A stretch of DNA of 59,888 nt from Nemertoderma westbladi (lineage: Eukaryota > Animalia > Xenacoelomorpha): contig JAUCBJ010007191.1 in NCBI GenBank assembly GCA_032718475.1, forward strand, positions 1 through 59,888. Direction: 5' to 3'. Made by a program: the position numbers and the translations under genes. Below are positions 37,892-48,701 of the stretch, piece by piece. The notes beneath the pieces were generated by a model. The model did not search any database. It was not told the origin of the DNA and saw nothing but the letters and a program-made list of their open reading frames with translations. Numbering within the stretch: position 1 is the stretch's first letter; every line of letters starts with the position of its first letter.

Positions 37892-38462
37892 ACTACTAGG
37901 ATCGGCATTGCAGCTGCATTTTTAAGAATGCTGTGCCGGCGTGTCGACAAAATTGCGCAGCTACAACACCCTATCACCCATGACATTTGCTAGATCAACC
38001 GCATCTTCAAGGCCAGTGTCCTTTAAGATGCGTCTCAAGAAAGTCATGGGCTGTCCACCATGCTTATTCACTCCATGAGGCTGCCAAAGCACAAGATTGT
38101 GCACATGATGGTCCTCACGACGAAAGCAATATCCTGCAAAGCGGAGGCGGTTTTCTTCTAGTGTCAAACTTGGGGGAACCAATGAGACACCTGCAATGTT
38201 ATATAGTGTCTGGTTGGAGATGTGTGCATTGTACTTGACACAATGAACCCGGCGTAGCATTCTTGTGAATGTGCCATCCAGAGATTTGGTGTCCTCAGCA
38301 GTTAGAGCCCAGCATGGACTCCCATAGAGGAGTACTGGAACTACTGCTGCTCTAAAAAATCGGACCTTAAGTTTCCGATTAATTCTATGTGACATCCAAA
38401 TCCTGGAAAGCCTATTCAAGGCTGCCCATGCCTTTCCCTTACGTATTCAAAGACACCTGACT
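37892..38462 (-). mobile_element. RTE family A, 5'-truncated copy
   Basis: ORF 37961-38419 nearly identical to 1587-2100; short tag tail. Confidence 0.92.
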
Positions 38463-40065
38463 TAACTTAGAAACGAAATTGCGACAAGTTTGGAGAATCG
38501 GGAAGCCTGGAAGGATCTCATTTCCACTGTCCGAGTTTGCTCGCTCTACAGTAGTAGTTGTTAAGTAACTTAACCTTAAACAACTTAATTAAGTAACTTA
38601 AAATTAAGCAACTTAATTAAGTAACTTAAGCCTATTGATAACTTTCGAAAAATATTTTTCACCGTGCTTTCCCCAGATAACCAGTTATCCAAAGTGATGC
38701 CCAAATATTTATCTTTCTTTTTATTTCTATATCTTAACACCATAAACCATAACTACTGCAGCTACTACTTTAGCTACTTCAAACTTACGAACAGAGGCCT
38801 ACAGAGGGGCATATAGCCCGAATTTAACTTTGTATGATATAAAATTTTGTTGATCTAAAATTATGTTGTTTGTTGATTTAAAATTTGTTGATCAATCTCT
38901 TGATTTAAAATTTTTATGATTATCGGTCCTATTCTATTTTAAACATAATTTGCTATTGATATTAATTTTAGTTACTGTAGGTACAGTAAGCATTGCAGTA
39001 GGTATTGGTCGGATAAGGTAAATATATCCAAGTTAAATATTGTAATAAAAGTACACCTTAGAGTTAAGAGTACTTCTCGAATTAGATTGTATTTATAAAT
39101 TATAAAATACTGTAGCAATAAACCGATCGATGTTCTTGTTAAACTGAATTGCACATTATGCAATAACTTTGTACCTCGTTGCAATATTTGCATCCGCACT
39201 CTCTCACTAATTTCGCTTGTCTAACAGACCTCTTTAATCTGGTCACGTGATCAGACCATAACTATATAAATAGTGTGTTTTCGTATATTTAACTATTTTT
39301 ATTTTACCTTTTACCTGACACTCACGAGGTGGTTGTATTACAGTAGTGTATACAAAATCTAAAAACAAGATCGCATTTCAATTTGTTATTATTAGCAAAT
39401 ACCATCGGATTAAACGCGACTTATATATTAATTTATCCAATGAAGGTCAATTGCTACAATACTTGAACCTTTAATTGCATTTTATAAATTAATTATTGAC
39501 TTTCCAATAGTATCACTAGCTACTGTTTACTGAACAACATAATTCCAATAGCTTCTTCTGATCAACCCATTGATTGGTTAACAGATAACTAAGTAGCATT
39601 ATGGTTAGTGTAATTCCTTGGATATTGATTGGTTGTGATTTAACATAGCTAAATCAGACTTGATACCATGGGAGTAAGTAAAATAATCCCAGTCAGCCAT
39701 TATTAGCAGCTGGTTCCGTTCTTAGCAATAGGCCCACCATTGTTGGATGGAATTTAGCAATCCCTTATAATATTGTTTTGAGATATTGTTAAAATCCACC
39801 ATCCTGATTTATTACAACTATTTACTTACGGTACGGTAGCTAATAATGCATAAATCCTGCTATGCTTCTTAACATGGCTACAAATTGAAGTGTTATTATT
39901 CGTAACCTGTCTCTTTGTCTTTGTGTTACTTTGCCATTGCATCTGCATCAAGACTATTACACAGTATTTGGTATTTAATACCTTTTAAAATTCAAATAAT
40001 GTAACATTCTGTGTAGGGATTCTGTATTCTGAAAGTAAATGAAGTAAAGTAATATATAATAACCT

Positions 40066-40340
40066 GCCCATGTGAAGAATACCAAGATTTCACTTTTCGG
40101 TCGACTTTTTATTGGAATTTTATATATGAGATTTTTTATTTTTTTTAATTTATCTTTATTAAGTGTTTTATAGCGCTTATTTCTGTCTTATAACCTGTAC
40201 ATATACTAATTCGTTTATTGTTTTGGTTAGGTTCAGCCCTTCTGTAACCTGTGGTTTTGGTAAAAACCAGGTATTCTTCACATGGGGGTAACTGCAAAGT
40301 GAAATATAACGGCAGAACGTCTGGTATTCTTCACATGTGC
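40066..40340. mobile_element. Unexpanded copy of the GCCCATGTGAAGAA MITE
   Basis: TIRs gcccatgtgaagaatacc / ggtattcttcacatgtgc, TSD CT, a single 53-bp unit. Confidence 0.85.
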
Positions 40341-40418
40341 CTAATAACTACTGTACATACAAAGTTTACTGGATATTGGGCCTATCCCACTTTCTCATCA
40401 TTTTGTTTTATATGTTAT

Positions 40419-40670
40419 TGTGGGGCGAGCCTCGAAATCTGATGAGCTTTTGCGTTGCGGAATAATTAGTGGACCATCTACGTTTTACAGATGTTAGAAA
40501 TGTTTGAGCGCTAATAAGTCTCTCAATCATTGATAAAAATGGAACCAAATTGGTTCACTTGTCTGCTTATAGTCTATCAAAAGTTTAGAAATGCTACAAA
40601 GAGACTTATTTAGTTCAGCTGTAAGCCACAAGGGGGCGAACCCTGGTAGCAGCTATAATTATAGAACTAC
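40419..40670 (+). mobile_element. Helentron/DINE-like fragment
   Basis: tgtggggcgagc terminus; homologous to 6855-7190. Confidence 0.55.
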
Positions 40671-41185
40671 TAACCATTACAATTTGGTTAATATTCTTAT
40701 ATTTATTATGAGTGTGTTCAGGTTCACAATTAATTCTTCTGATATGCAAAGGCTCTTATATTGCACTTACTGTACATGACGTACCGGTAGTACATTCACG
40801 TAGAACTGTGTATTGCCTTGGGGTGGTTATTATATATGCTTCTTTGCATGTCACACAATTTTCGAGTTAATTAATGTAGTTTTTTATTAAATTTAGTATA
40901 CATATCATTGTTATTACCAGGTAGTTATTTCTTCTGCAGTATAACAATACAATTAATTATAATATAGATAATACCTAGTAATGTGATCTAAGTTCTTAAC
41001 TATATTGATGTTGTGATTGAGGTGAGTTATTAATTAATCGATTATTAACTTTTCAGTCTAAATTTTATTGGACTTTTATATTTGAGGAATTTGTATTTTT
41101 TAAATTTCACCTTATTGTTTTTTAGCCAATAGATATATAATAATTCGTTTGGTTAAATTCATCCAGATAGGGGGGAAACTGGACG

Positions 41186-41405
41186 CAATGAAAATTCATC
41201 CCTCTCCAGGGGAAATTCGACACAAATAACAGCTGATAACTCTCAATATTAAAACTGTAACCTGTTCTATTGTGTTTAGTTTATTGTTTTGGTTAAAATA
41301 ACGTGCCACTGTAACCTGCTCCTTTCCCTAAATTGAGAATTTAACATTGAGGCGGGATATTAATTCGCCAAGGCGGGTTTTGCGTCGAGTTTACCCCCCT
41401 GTATC
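41186..41405. mobile_element. Second copy of the G-rich-TIR MITE
   Basis: Aligns end to end with 6505-6769. Confidence 0.8.
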
Positions 41406-41749
41406 AATTGATCACATGGGGGTAAACTGCAAACTTAAAGTCTAGCAATTCACATGGATGAGCTCATTACTTAGCAGTGAGTGGCAGTGGACTGGCCGTG
41501 CTAAATATTTTCTTCACATGGGCCAAATATTTACACAATCTTGGTATCCAATTCAGGATACCGGTTTTTTTTTGGATTTAAATCTGGAGAAACGATTTTG
41601 AGGCCTTTTCATCTTCAAAAGATTAATGAGTTTGTTGAAGAGCAAGCTTTTTTTTAACTACACTCTAGAGTTTCAACTTAATAATTATCTTAGACATAGA
41701 CAGTCACCAGGAAGTAAGGGGAAGGCATAGGCAGTAGAATGGTCTGTCT

Positions 41750-42453
41750 AGGATTTGGAAGTCCGGAAGAATAAAACGGATTCTCAAGGTCCGATTATTT
41801 AGAGCAGCAGTAATTCCAGTACTCCTCTATGGGTGTCCATGCTGGGCTCTAACTGCAGAGGACACCAAATCTCTGGATGGCACATTCACAAGAGTGCTAC
41901 GCCGGGTTCATTGTGTCTAGTACAATAAAGACTTCACCAACCAGTCATTACACAGTATTGGTAGTGTCTCCATTAGACCCCCTAAGCTTGGTACTTTAAC
42001 GGAACCGCCTCCTAATTGCAGGACATTTCTTCTGCCGTGAGGACCAGACCAGCATCGAATGCTTTGGCGATATTATGATGAGAATAAACATGGTGTACAG
42101 CCCATGACATTCTCGGGATGCCTCTTAAATGACAGTGGCCTTTGAAGATGCGGATAATCTCGCGAAATTTATGGGGGATAGCGATAGGGATATTGCAATA
42201 TAATTCAATTTATTTCAATATTTATATAGAATTGTAATTCAATGTAATCCCATTGATTTCAATAATAAAACTGATTGATTTCAATAGCATGCTTATTCTC
42301 ATCATAATATCGCCAAAACATTCGATTGTGCGCAGCACATGCTGGTCTGGTCCTCACGGCAGAAGCAATGTCCTGCAAATAGGAGGCGGTTCCGTTAAAG
42401 TACCAAGCTTAGGGGGTCTAATGGAGACACCACCAATACTGTGTAATGACTGG
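41750..42453. mobile_element. RTE family A-derived fragments in inverted arrangement (+ 41750-42190, - 42288-42453)
   Basis: Homology to the 1587-2070 region; the two pieces share derived indels. Confidence 0.8.
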
Positions 42454-42514
42454 TATGTGATTGAATCATATACTGATTGACTGTATAAATATAGAATTTT
42501 GATCCATTTGTGAT

Positions 42515-42714
42515 ACCATACTAAGTTCGCCTAAATTGGAACTAAATTCGCCAAGATTGGAACTAAATTCGTAGGAATTGGAACTAAATTCGTTTTGATA
42601 TTCTGGGATTGGAACTAAGTTCGCTTTATAAAATTTATTTTGAAATTAAATTCGTTTCAATTGGAACTAAATTCGCCTTTGAAAATGTGCGATTGGAACA
42701 AAGTTCGTGGTACA
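42515..42714. repeat. Dispersed ttggaactaaattcg motif repeats (MITE-like subterminal repeats)
   Basis: About 8 copies of the motif in 200 bp. Confidence 0.7.
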
Positions 42715-42995
42715 GTTAGGAGTGCTAACAGTTTGTTATACTGTAGTATAATGATACCGAACTACGCACGCAACCCAATAATCCTTTATATTATATTAAT
42801 AATGTTCATTGTTTTTCTTCTTTCTTCAAACAGTTTGTCTGTATATAGTGTATACTGTGTGGTTAACTTCTTTCGTCAGTAGGCTTACTTTACAATGTTT
42901 TTTAAAGACGTAGGCCTACTGTAATTTTGTAATTTATATCATTTTCATTTGCAGGACAGTTGATGTAATATACGAGGGGATCTTTGACATCATCT

Positions 42996-43128
42996 ATGGC
43001 TGAGCAGATGGGACCGTCTGGTCTTTTGGATCGATTAATCCGGGCGTCTGTAACGGATGCGGAGCCGGAAACGGAATCGGCTTCGGCGACAGAGTCTGGC
43101 GCTGTCTCAGTGTCTGGACGCAGTATGG
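42996..43128 (+). CDS. SYT1: Synaptotagmin-1-like first coding exon (luminal N-terminus; exon begins at 42955)
   Basis: tttgcag| acceptor, short UTR with stops, MAEQMGPSGLLDRLIRAS...SGRSM and |gtacgt donor, in phase with the next exon. Confidence 0.75.
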
Positions 43129-43458
43129 GTACGTAACCATGGAAAAACGGACGCAGTGTGGGTAGGAAACTATGAAAAATCCCTAGGCTATTTTTGCCGT
43201 CGAAAGGGGAAACAGGAATGGGAATTCATTTAATGTTTCAAAAAAATTTACACTATAAGACTGTAACCCGATCCTATTCCATAAATTAAAAGTGAAAATT
43301 TCACTAAAATAAATTTTTTTAATACACATTTTTAGGTAATTTTCCACTTTCTTTTCCAATTTTTTTTATTTAAATATTTTTTTGTAATAATAATAATAAT
43401 TGTAGTTGGAACTTGTACAAAATTTCGGTAATCTTATATTTCTTCAATATTACTGCAG

Positions 43459-43536
43459 ATTCAACGTCGGAAGCTTCAAAAACGGGGGCTGAGAAAGCAG
43501 AAGAGAAATTTATGGAAATTATACACAAAATCCCCT
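43459..43536 (+). CDS. SYT1: Synaptotagmin-1-like exon just before the transmembrane helix
   Basis: DSTSEASKTGAEKAEEKFMEIIHKIP(t|gtaagt) matches vertebrate Syt1 KEKFMNELHKIP-L, including (from recall) the phase-1 intron in the codon after KIP. The TM/C2 exons are not in the window. Confidence 0.8.
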
Positions 43537-43565
43537 GTAAGTTACAGACGTTTATACAGAAAATC

Positions 43566-46500
43566 GGGTCAGAGTAAAACGCGGATCCGGATCAGGATCC
43601 GGATTCTATCATTTAACATTGTCCCTATGGAAGTCGACTGAATTTACATTTTTAGGGTGTAATCTGCGGATCCGTGCACTGCTAAATTTACCGAATCCGT
43701 AACCGAGTGTAAAATGCGGATTGGCCTTTTTTTCAGATCCGGAACGGAGTGTAAAGCGCGGATTCATGTTTTAGGCTAAATCCTGAACGGAGTGTAAAAC
43801 GCGGATTCATTTTTCTACTGAATCCGGGATTGGGTGTAAAATACGGATTCAGGTTTATTACAAAGTTTTATTAAATCCGGGAAGGGGTGTAAAACGCGGA
43901 TTCAGGTTAATTACCATGTTTTATTGGATCCGGGAAGGGGTGTAAAACGCGGATTCTAGTTAATTACCAAGTTTTATTGGATCCGGAATGGAGTGTAAAA
44001 CGCGGATTTACGTTAATTATCAAGTTTTATTGGATCCGGAATGGAGTGTAAAACACGGATTTACGTTAATTACTAAGTTTTATTGGATCCGGAATGGAGT
44101 GTAAAACACGGATTTACGTTAATTATCAAGTTTTATTGGATCCGGAATGGAGTGTAAAACGCGGATTCAAGTTAATTACCATGTTTTATTGGATCCGGGA
44201 AGGGGTGTAAAACGCGGATTCTAGTTAATTACCAAGTTTTATTGGATCCGGGAAGGGGTGTAAAACGCGGATTTACGTTAATTACTAAGTTTTATTGGAT
44301 CCGGAATGGAGTGTAAAACACGGATTTACGTTAATTATCAAGTTTTATTGGATCCGGAATGGAGTGTAAAACACGGATTTACGTTAATTACTCAAGTTTT
44401 ATTGGATCCGGAATGGAGTGTAAAACACGGATTTACGTTAATTACCAAGTTTTATTGGATCCGGAATGGAGTGTAAAACGCGGATTCAAGTTAATTACCA
44501 TGTTTTATTGGATCCGGGAAGGGGTGTAAAACGCGGATTCTAGTTAATTACCAAGTTTTATTGGATCCGGAATGGAGTGTAAAACACGGATTTACGTTAA
44601 TTACCAAGTTTTATTGGATCCGGAATGGAGTGTAAAACACGGATTTACGTTAATTACCAAGTTTTATTGGATCCGGAATGGAGTGTAAAACGCGGATTCA
44701 AGTTAATTACCATGTTTTATTGGATCCGGGAAGGGGTGTAAAACGCGGATTCTAGTTAATTACCAAGTTTTATTGGATCCGGAATGGAGTGTAAAACGCG
44801 GATTTACGTTAATTACCAAGTTTTATTGGATCCGGAATGGAGTGTAAAACGCGGATTCAAGTTAATTACCATGTTTTATTGGATCCGGGAAGGGGTGTAA
44901 AACGCGGATTCTACGTTAATTACCAAGTTTTATTGGATCCGGAATGGAGTGTAAAACACGGATTTACGTTAATTACCAAGTTTTATTGGATCCGGAATGG
45001 AGTGTAAAACACGGATTTACGTTAATTACCAAGTTTTATTGGATCCGGAACGGAGTGTAAAACACGGATTTATGTTAATTACCAAGTTTTATTGGATCCG
45101 GGAAGGGGTGTAAAACGCGGATTCAAGTTAATTAGTAAGTTTTAATGAACAATTTGTAAAACGCATATGCAATAAAGACCCAGACCCTCATCTAGTTACA
45201 ATTATTAATTAGTGCAATGTTTATTGTTCTTTAGTAACTTTTCTTGGCTTGCTGACTTTCCTGGTTTTTTTCTTCTCCGGACTCGGGGTGCACGATGTTT
45301 GCGTAGTGAGTTCAAGCGGCTCAACAATGGCTGTATCATTGGTTGGACTCGGAATAACGAATCCCGTAAATGGAACCTTTACAAAGTCATCACTGTCATC
45401 CATGTTTAATAAGAAATTAAATAAGAAATTATACTGAACAGTTCAGCCTCCATAAATTAGGAAGGCAGCACGCTTGCAAGGCCTTAAATAGAGTACGCTA
45501 TGATGCAGTACAAACTACCGCCAGCTAGGCAGAACATTGATTCTTGTTTGTAAGGGAGGTTGGGATGGATAAGCCAATCAGGGAACAGGACAGTAATCCT
45601 ACCATACAATTGTCTACAGAGCTGCTCTACCAGAGAGGTCACGTTCCCACGGTAGTATAGTTTTTCAGCTAATCAATATCTAATAATGTCTGACGGCCAA
45701 GCATCACCATCGCCCTTATTAATAATTCATTGGGAAGCATTGACCCCTATTAAGGTGTCCCCCAGAGCCGGATTAAGCTTATGTGTGGCCCCTAGACATA
45801 GACAAATTATTAAGGTGTCTATTAACTATTAAGGTGTCCCCCATTAATGTTTGTGTCCCTCATTAATGTGTGTCCCTCATTAATAGTTGTGTCCCTCATT
45901 AACAAACTCAGTAATTAACGTAAATCCGCATTTTACACCCCTTCCCGGATCCAGTAACACTTTGTAATTAACCTGAATCAATCCGCGTTTTACACCCCTT
46001 CCCGGATCCAGTAACACTTGGTAAATAAATTGAATCCGCGTTTTACACCCCTTCCCGGATCCATTAAAACTTGGTAATTAACGAAAATCCGTGTTTTACA
46101 CTCCATTCCGGATCCAACAAAACTTGGTAATTAACGAAAATCCGTGTTTTACACTCCATTCCGGATCCAATAAAACTTGGTAATTAACATAAATCCGTGT
46201 TTTGCACTCCATTCCGGATCCAATAAAACTTGGTAATTAACGTAAATCCGTGTTTTACACTCCATTCCGGATCCAACAAAACTTGGTAATTAACATAAAT
46301 CCGTGTTTTGCACTCCATTCCGGATCCAACAAAACTTGGTAATTAACGAAAATCCGTGTTTTACACTCCATTCCGGATCCAACAAAACTTGGTAATTAAC
46401 GGAAATCCGTGTTTTACACTCCTTTCCGGATCCAACAAAACTTGGTATTTAACGAAAATCCGTGTTTTACACTCCATTCCGGATCCAACAAAACTTGGTA

Positions 46501-48156
46501 ATTAACGGAAATCCGTGTTTTACACTCCTTTCCGGATCCAACAAAACTTGGTAATTAATAAAAATCCGTGTTTTACACTCCATTCCGGATCCAACAAAAC
46601 TTGGTAATTAACGTAAATCCGCGTTTTACACTCCATTCCGGATCCAACAAAATTTGGTAATTAACGAAAATCCGTGTTTTACACTCCTTTCCGGATCCAA
46701 CAAAACTTGGTAATTAACGAAAATCCGCGTTTTACACTCCATTCCGGATCCAACAAAACTTGGTAATTAACGAAAATCCGCGTTTTACACTCCATTCCGG
46801 ATCCAACAAAATTTGGTAATTAACGAAAATCCGTGTTTTACACTCCTTTCCGGATCCAACAAAACTTGGTAATTAACGAAAATCCGTGTTTTACACTCCA
46901 TTCCGGATCCAACAAAACTTGGTAATTAACGGAAATCCGTGTTTTACACTCCTTTCCGGATCCAACAAAACTTGGTAATTAATAAAAATCCGTGTTTTAC
47001 ACTCCATTCCGGATCCAACAAAACTTGGTAATTAACGTAAATCCGCGTTTTACACTCCATTCCGGATCCAACAAAACTTGGTAATTAACGAAAATCCGCG
47101 TTTTACACTCCATTCCGGATCCAACAAAATTTGGTAATTAACGAAAATCCGTGTTTTACACTCCTTTCCGGATCCAACAAAACTTGGTAATTAACGAAAA
47201 TCCGTGTTTTACACTCCATTCCGGATCCAACAAAACTTGGTAATTAACGGAAATCCGTGTTTTACACTCCTTTCCGGATCCAACAAAACTTGGTAATTAA
47301 TAAAAATCCGTGTTTTACACTCCATTCCGGATCCAACAAAACTTGGTAATTAACGAAAATCCGCGTTTTACACTCCATTCCGGATCCAACAAAATTTGGT
47401 AATTAACGAAAATCCGTGTTTTACACTCCTTTCCGGATCCAACAAAACTTGGTAATTAACGAAAATCCGTGTTTTACACTCCATTCCGGATCCAACAAAA
47501 CTTGGTAATTAACGGAAATCCGTGTTTTACACTCCTTTCCGGATCCAACAAAACTTGGTAATTAATAAAAATCCGTGTTTTACGCTCCATTCCGGATCCA
47601 ACAAAACTTGGTAATTAACGTAAATCCGCGTTTTACACTCCATTCCGGATCCAACAAAATTTGGTAATTAACGAAAATCCGTGTTTTACACTCCTTTCCG
47701 GATCCAACAAAACTTGGTAATTAACGAAAATCCGCGTTTTACACTCCATTCCGGATCCAACAAAACTTGGTAATTAACGAAAATCCGCGTTTTACACTCC
47801 ATTCCGGATCCAACAAAATTTGGTAATTAACGAAAATCCGTGTTTTACACTCCATTCCGGATCCAACAAAACTTGATAATTAACGAAAATCCGTGTTTTA
47901 CACTCCATTCCGGATCCATTAAAACTTGGTAATTAACGTAAATCCGTATTTTACACTCCATTCCGGATTCACAAAATATATGAATCCGCGTTTTACACTG
48001 CAATACGGATTGCGTATTTCAGAATCCGCATATTACACTCAGTTACGGATTGTATGTAAATCCGGATCCACCTTTTACACTCGCAAATCCGGGTCCTGAT
48101 CCGTATCCGGATCCTGAATCCGGATCCGGATCCGGATCCGCGTTTTACACCTACCC
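43566..48156. mobile_element. Foldback-type DNA transposon with long inverted 53-bp tandem arrays
   Basis: Ends gggtcagagtaaaacgcggatccggatc / gatccggatccgcgttttacacctaccc; left array ~43870-45145 (~24 units), right array ~45911-47990 (~39 units, inverted); no clear TSD. Confidence 0.88.
45221..45403 (-). CDS. 60-aa small ORF in the foldback spacer (acidic N-terminus, SP motifs, Lys-rich C-terminus)
   Basis: aaacATGg context, upstream ctatttaagg TATA-like (~45485) and CCAAT (~45574), AATAAA overlapping the stop; no homology recognised. Confidence 0.45.
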   Translation of the reverse strand: MDDSDDFVKVPFTGFVIPSPTNDTAIVEPLELTTQTSCTPSPEKKKTRKVSKPRKVTKEQ

Positions 48157-48552
48157 ACAAATTGGGAATTGTCTGTCTGTCTGTCGGTCCGCCTCAACGT
48201 TAAAGGTTATTGACCTTTAACGTTGAGGCGGACCTGGTTGGCGGGAAGTTTAAAATGTTTTGTAAAATTATGAGAGATGATTATGACTTCGTGTTCCATA
48301 AGTGTTACTATTGATAGTAACAATGTGTTGGCAAGCTGTATTTTTCGAGGTGTTTGTTATTATAAATTTATTATAGGAAGGGATCTAGGGGTCTTTACCT
48401 CGAATGATAAGTTTATTTTACCGAAAATAACTTATCTTTTATTGGCGCAATTGTAGGACTAATCCCATCACATGCGTACTTTTTAACCGGGTTGTGTACA
48501 AATTTAGGAATCGCGTAATTTTTCTTGAAATTAATATCTCATATCTCTCCAA

Positions 48553-48658
48553 ACCACGTACGCGTTTCGACCTTACTGGGTATCATCAGCGTGGTGTCGC
48601 ATTCGAACCTGGGACCTCGAGGTGGAAGCCGAGACTACAACCACTAGGCCACAGGTTC
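48553..48658 (-). ncRNA. tRNA(Gly,TCC)-like head fused to a minimal type I hammerhead ribozyme motif
   Basis: A box tggcctagtgg and B box ggttcgaatgc, then accacg-CTGATGA-tacc(cagtaa)ggtc-GAAA-cgcg-TA-cgtggt with a perfect 6-bp stem I. Confidence 0.8.
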
Positions 48659-48701
48659 TTGAGATATGGAGTATTAACTTCAAAGCCAGCTGCCATCATA
48701 A

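Larger units (their letters stand above)
36620..38560 (+). mobile_element. Older RTE LINE (family B) 3' part, split by four nested insertions
   Basis: Pieces read KVDDFQYLGSWIAS..RKAKA / WVALSKMDTIWKS / VESVPLYEGETWT / YTRLLRATLNFSW..LRFSGHCWR / NREAWK, ending agtagtagt. Confidence 0.8.

Noticed and set aside
30370-48658. Functional tRNA genes at ~30444, 36990, 37410 and 48658
   Set aside because: Acceptor stems are broken and each head continues into a SINE body or ribozyme motif, with tails or TSDs in some.
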